Shown here one piece after another: positions 62,452 through 64,000 of a stretch of DNA of 64,000 bases. The notes under the pieces were generated by a model. That model did not search any database, was not told where the DNA came from, and was given only the letters and a program-made list of their open reading frames with translations. The position numbers and the translations under genes were made by a program. This DNA is from Candidatus Parcubacteria bacterium (GTDB taxonomy: Bacteria > Patescibacteriota > Minisyncoccia > Phycocordibacterales > UBA6065): contig JBDKKJ010000002.1 in the NCBI GenBank assembly GCA_039796155.1, positions 97,161-161,160 on the forward strand, given 5' to 3'. Within the stretch, counting starts at the first letter, position 1. Each line of letters starts with the position of its first letter.

Positions 62452-63551
62452 TTAATGTACTCATGATATCGACCGACGCAAAAATCCTTGAAGAAGGGAG
62501 TGACGTGCGTGCGCGAATGATTGAATATGGAACACTATTCTCTGAGCTTCATATTGTTGTTTTTTCAACAGGTTCTTTGTCTAAAACAATACACATTGCA
62601 CAAAATGTATTTGCATACCCAACCAATTCTCTTTCGAAATTTCTTTATATTAAAGATGCCGTATCTGTCGGTTCAAAAATTATTAAAGAAAAAGGATTCA
62701 CTTCAGCCACAAGTGTCATAACGACACAAGACCCTTTTGAAACAGGAGTGGTGGGGCGCTTACTTTCGAATGCTTCAAAAATTCGTCTTCATGTACAGAT
62801 TCACACTGATTTTAAAAGTCCTTACTTTAAAAAGAGTGCGTTAAATAAAATTCGCATCGCCCTCTCAGAGCGAGTGTTGCCAGGTGCTCAGGCGATTCGT
62901 GTTGTGTCCGAAAGAATTTTTAAAAGTTTACCTGCTGATGTGAAAAGCAAGACATCTATTCTTCCTATTTTTGCAGATGTAGAGGCAATAGAAAATGCGC
63001 CCATAGGTATGGACCTACAGAAAATGTACTCTCAATTTGAAAAGATTGTACTTATTGCATCTCGAATTACTAAGGAAAAAGATATCCCAACGGCATTAAA
63101 AGCATTTAAAGGGTGTCTTGAGTCACAACCTAACACAGGGCTGATTATTGTTGGATCTGGTCCAGAAGAGGATGCTCTTAAAAAGGAAGTGCGCTCACTT
63201 GGCCTGGAAAAATCAATTGTATTTGAATCGTGGGCAGATCACGATACCCTTATCTCATACATGAAGAGCTGTGATGTGTTTCTTTCGTCATCTCTTTATG
63301 AAGGTTATGGACTTTCTATGTTGGAGGCTCACACGGCAGGAGCTCTCCTCGTTGCTACTGATACGGGAATTGCACCTGAACTTGTTTCAGAGGAGGCACT
63401 TGTTGAAGTAGGGGACGTAGAAAAGATGAGTGTTGCCCTCGATAAAGCGCTTTCAGGTAAAGTTGCTCGCAAGCCATATGAGTATTCGTATTCTTCAAAA
63501 GAAGATTATTTGAAGCAGTATCAGATAGATATTGAAAGGACTTTAAACTAA
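62448..63551 (+). CDS. Glycosyltransferase family 4
   Basis: ..LSSSLYEGYGLSMLEAHTAGALLVATDTGIAPELV.. ATGA overlap with the previous gene. Confidence 0.8.
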   Translation: MINVLMISTDAKILEEGSDVRARMIEYGTLFSELHIVVFSTGSLSKTIHIAQNVFAYPTNSLSKFLYIKDAVSVGSKIIKEKGFTSATSVITTQDPFETGVVGRLLSNASKIRLHVQIHTDFKSPYFKKSALNKIRIALSERVLPGAQAIRVVSERIFKSLPADVKSKTSILPIFADVEAIENAPIGMDLQKMYSQFEKIVLIASRITKEKDIPTALKAFKGCLESQPNTGLIIVGSGPEEDALKKEVRSLGLEKSIVFESWADHDTLISYMKSCDVFLSSSLYEGYGLSMLEAHTAGALLVATDTGIAPELVSEEALVEVGDVEKMSVALDKALSGKVARKPYEYSYSSKEDYLKQYQIDIERTLN

Positions 63552-63555
63552 CCAC

Positions 63556-64000
63556 ATGAAGATACTTATTGTCACTCAAACGGTAGATAGTAAAGATCCA
63601 AAACTTGGGTTTTTTCATCGATGGATTATTGAATTCGCAAAGAATTTTGAAAAAGTGACGGTTATTGCTCTGGGTGTGGGGGAGTATATGTTCCCAAATA
63701 ATGTCTCGGTCTTTTCTTTAGGTAAAGAACAAGGTGTTGGTCGTCTTGCATACATTAAAAACTTTTACGCACATGTTATTTCACAGAGAAATGAGTATGA
63801 TGCTGTGTTTGTGCACATGAATCCAGTGTATGTGATACTTGGTTTTCTCCCGTGGAAACTTTTGAACAAGCGAATATCACTTTGGTATGTACATAAAATG
63901 GTAGATGCAAAGCTTAAGGTTGCAACCGTCCTCGCGAATACAATATTCACAGCTTCAAAAGAAAGTTTTCGAATACCATCTCCAAAGGTTTTGGTTACAG
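63556..64000 (+). CDS. Glycosyltransferase (GT-B N-terminal half), runs off the right edge
   Basis: Own translation from ATG 63556: MKILIVTQTVDSKDPKLGFFHRWIIEFAKNFEKVTVIALGVGEY...VFVHMNPVYVILG.. Not in the ORF track because there is no stop in the window. Confidence 0.6.
   Translation, partial: MKILIVTQTVDSKDPKLGFFHRWIIEFAKNFEKVTVIALGVGEYMFPNNVSVFSLGKEQGVGRLAYIKNFYAHVISQRNEYDAVFVHMNPVYVILGFLPWKLLNKRISLWYVHKMVDAKLKVATVLANTIFTASKESFRIPSPKVLVT

Overview
The window is about 35-40% GC in housekeeping genes (hand counts of 100-nt samples). It looks like a small-genome Patescibacteria/CPR-type (Parcubacteria-like) bacterium. That placement is an inference from five things: divergent 16S signatures, insertions in the 23S at classic intron sites, unlinked rRNA genes, no Shine-Dalgarno usage, and many membrane-anchored or secreted orphan proteins. 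No database or covariance-model search was run. All protein calls come from motifs I recognise by eye, and RNA ends are good to about +/-10 nt. Many ORF-track starts are TTG/GTG extensions, so I re-called starts at in-frame ATGs where the context supported it.

Contents:
- Core genes: efp (partial), recA, ftsK, rplJ-rplL, secDF, pyk, truD, rlmH, rsmI, mraY, an Mpl/MurC-like ligase and a SEDS protein.
- Envelope glycosylation genes: a GT2-GtrA fusion, GT39, five GT4-type genes, a WbaP-like transferase and two epimerases.
- An 8.7-18.5 kb block made up only of secreted or anchored proteins: a PG-binding surface protein, lamin-tail/PKD proteins, a 1384-aa beta-helix + LCAT-like lipase + YceI fusion, and an S41-like protein.
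- rRNA genes: a 23S-5S unit and a separate downstream 16S unit, plus a lone tRNA-Ile(GAU).

Most notable observations:
1. Several GC-rich (45-58%) stand-alone orphan cassettes, each with its own near-consensus sigma70-type promoter and intrinsic terminator. These are the 45.2-47.1 kb two-gene island, 41.25-41.73 kb between 16S and tRNA-Ile, two mini-genes at 57.5-58.2 kb upstream of a VirD4/TraG-like ATPase, and a cryptic minus-strand unit at 18.53-18.79 kb.
2. Two ORF-less insertions in the 23S at exactly the classic group I intron sites (about L1931 and L2593).
3. A 16S 3' tail with no CCUCC anti-SD, matched by SD-less gene starts.
4. The lipase-YceI giant fusion, a candidate lipid-scavenging surface machine.

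No CRISPR array, transposase, integrase, reverse transcriptase or recoded stop codon was seen.
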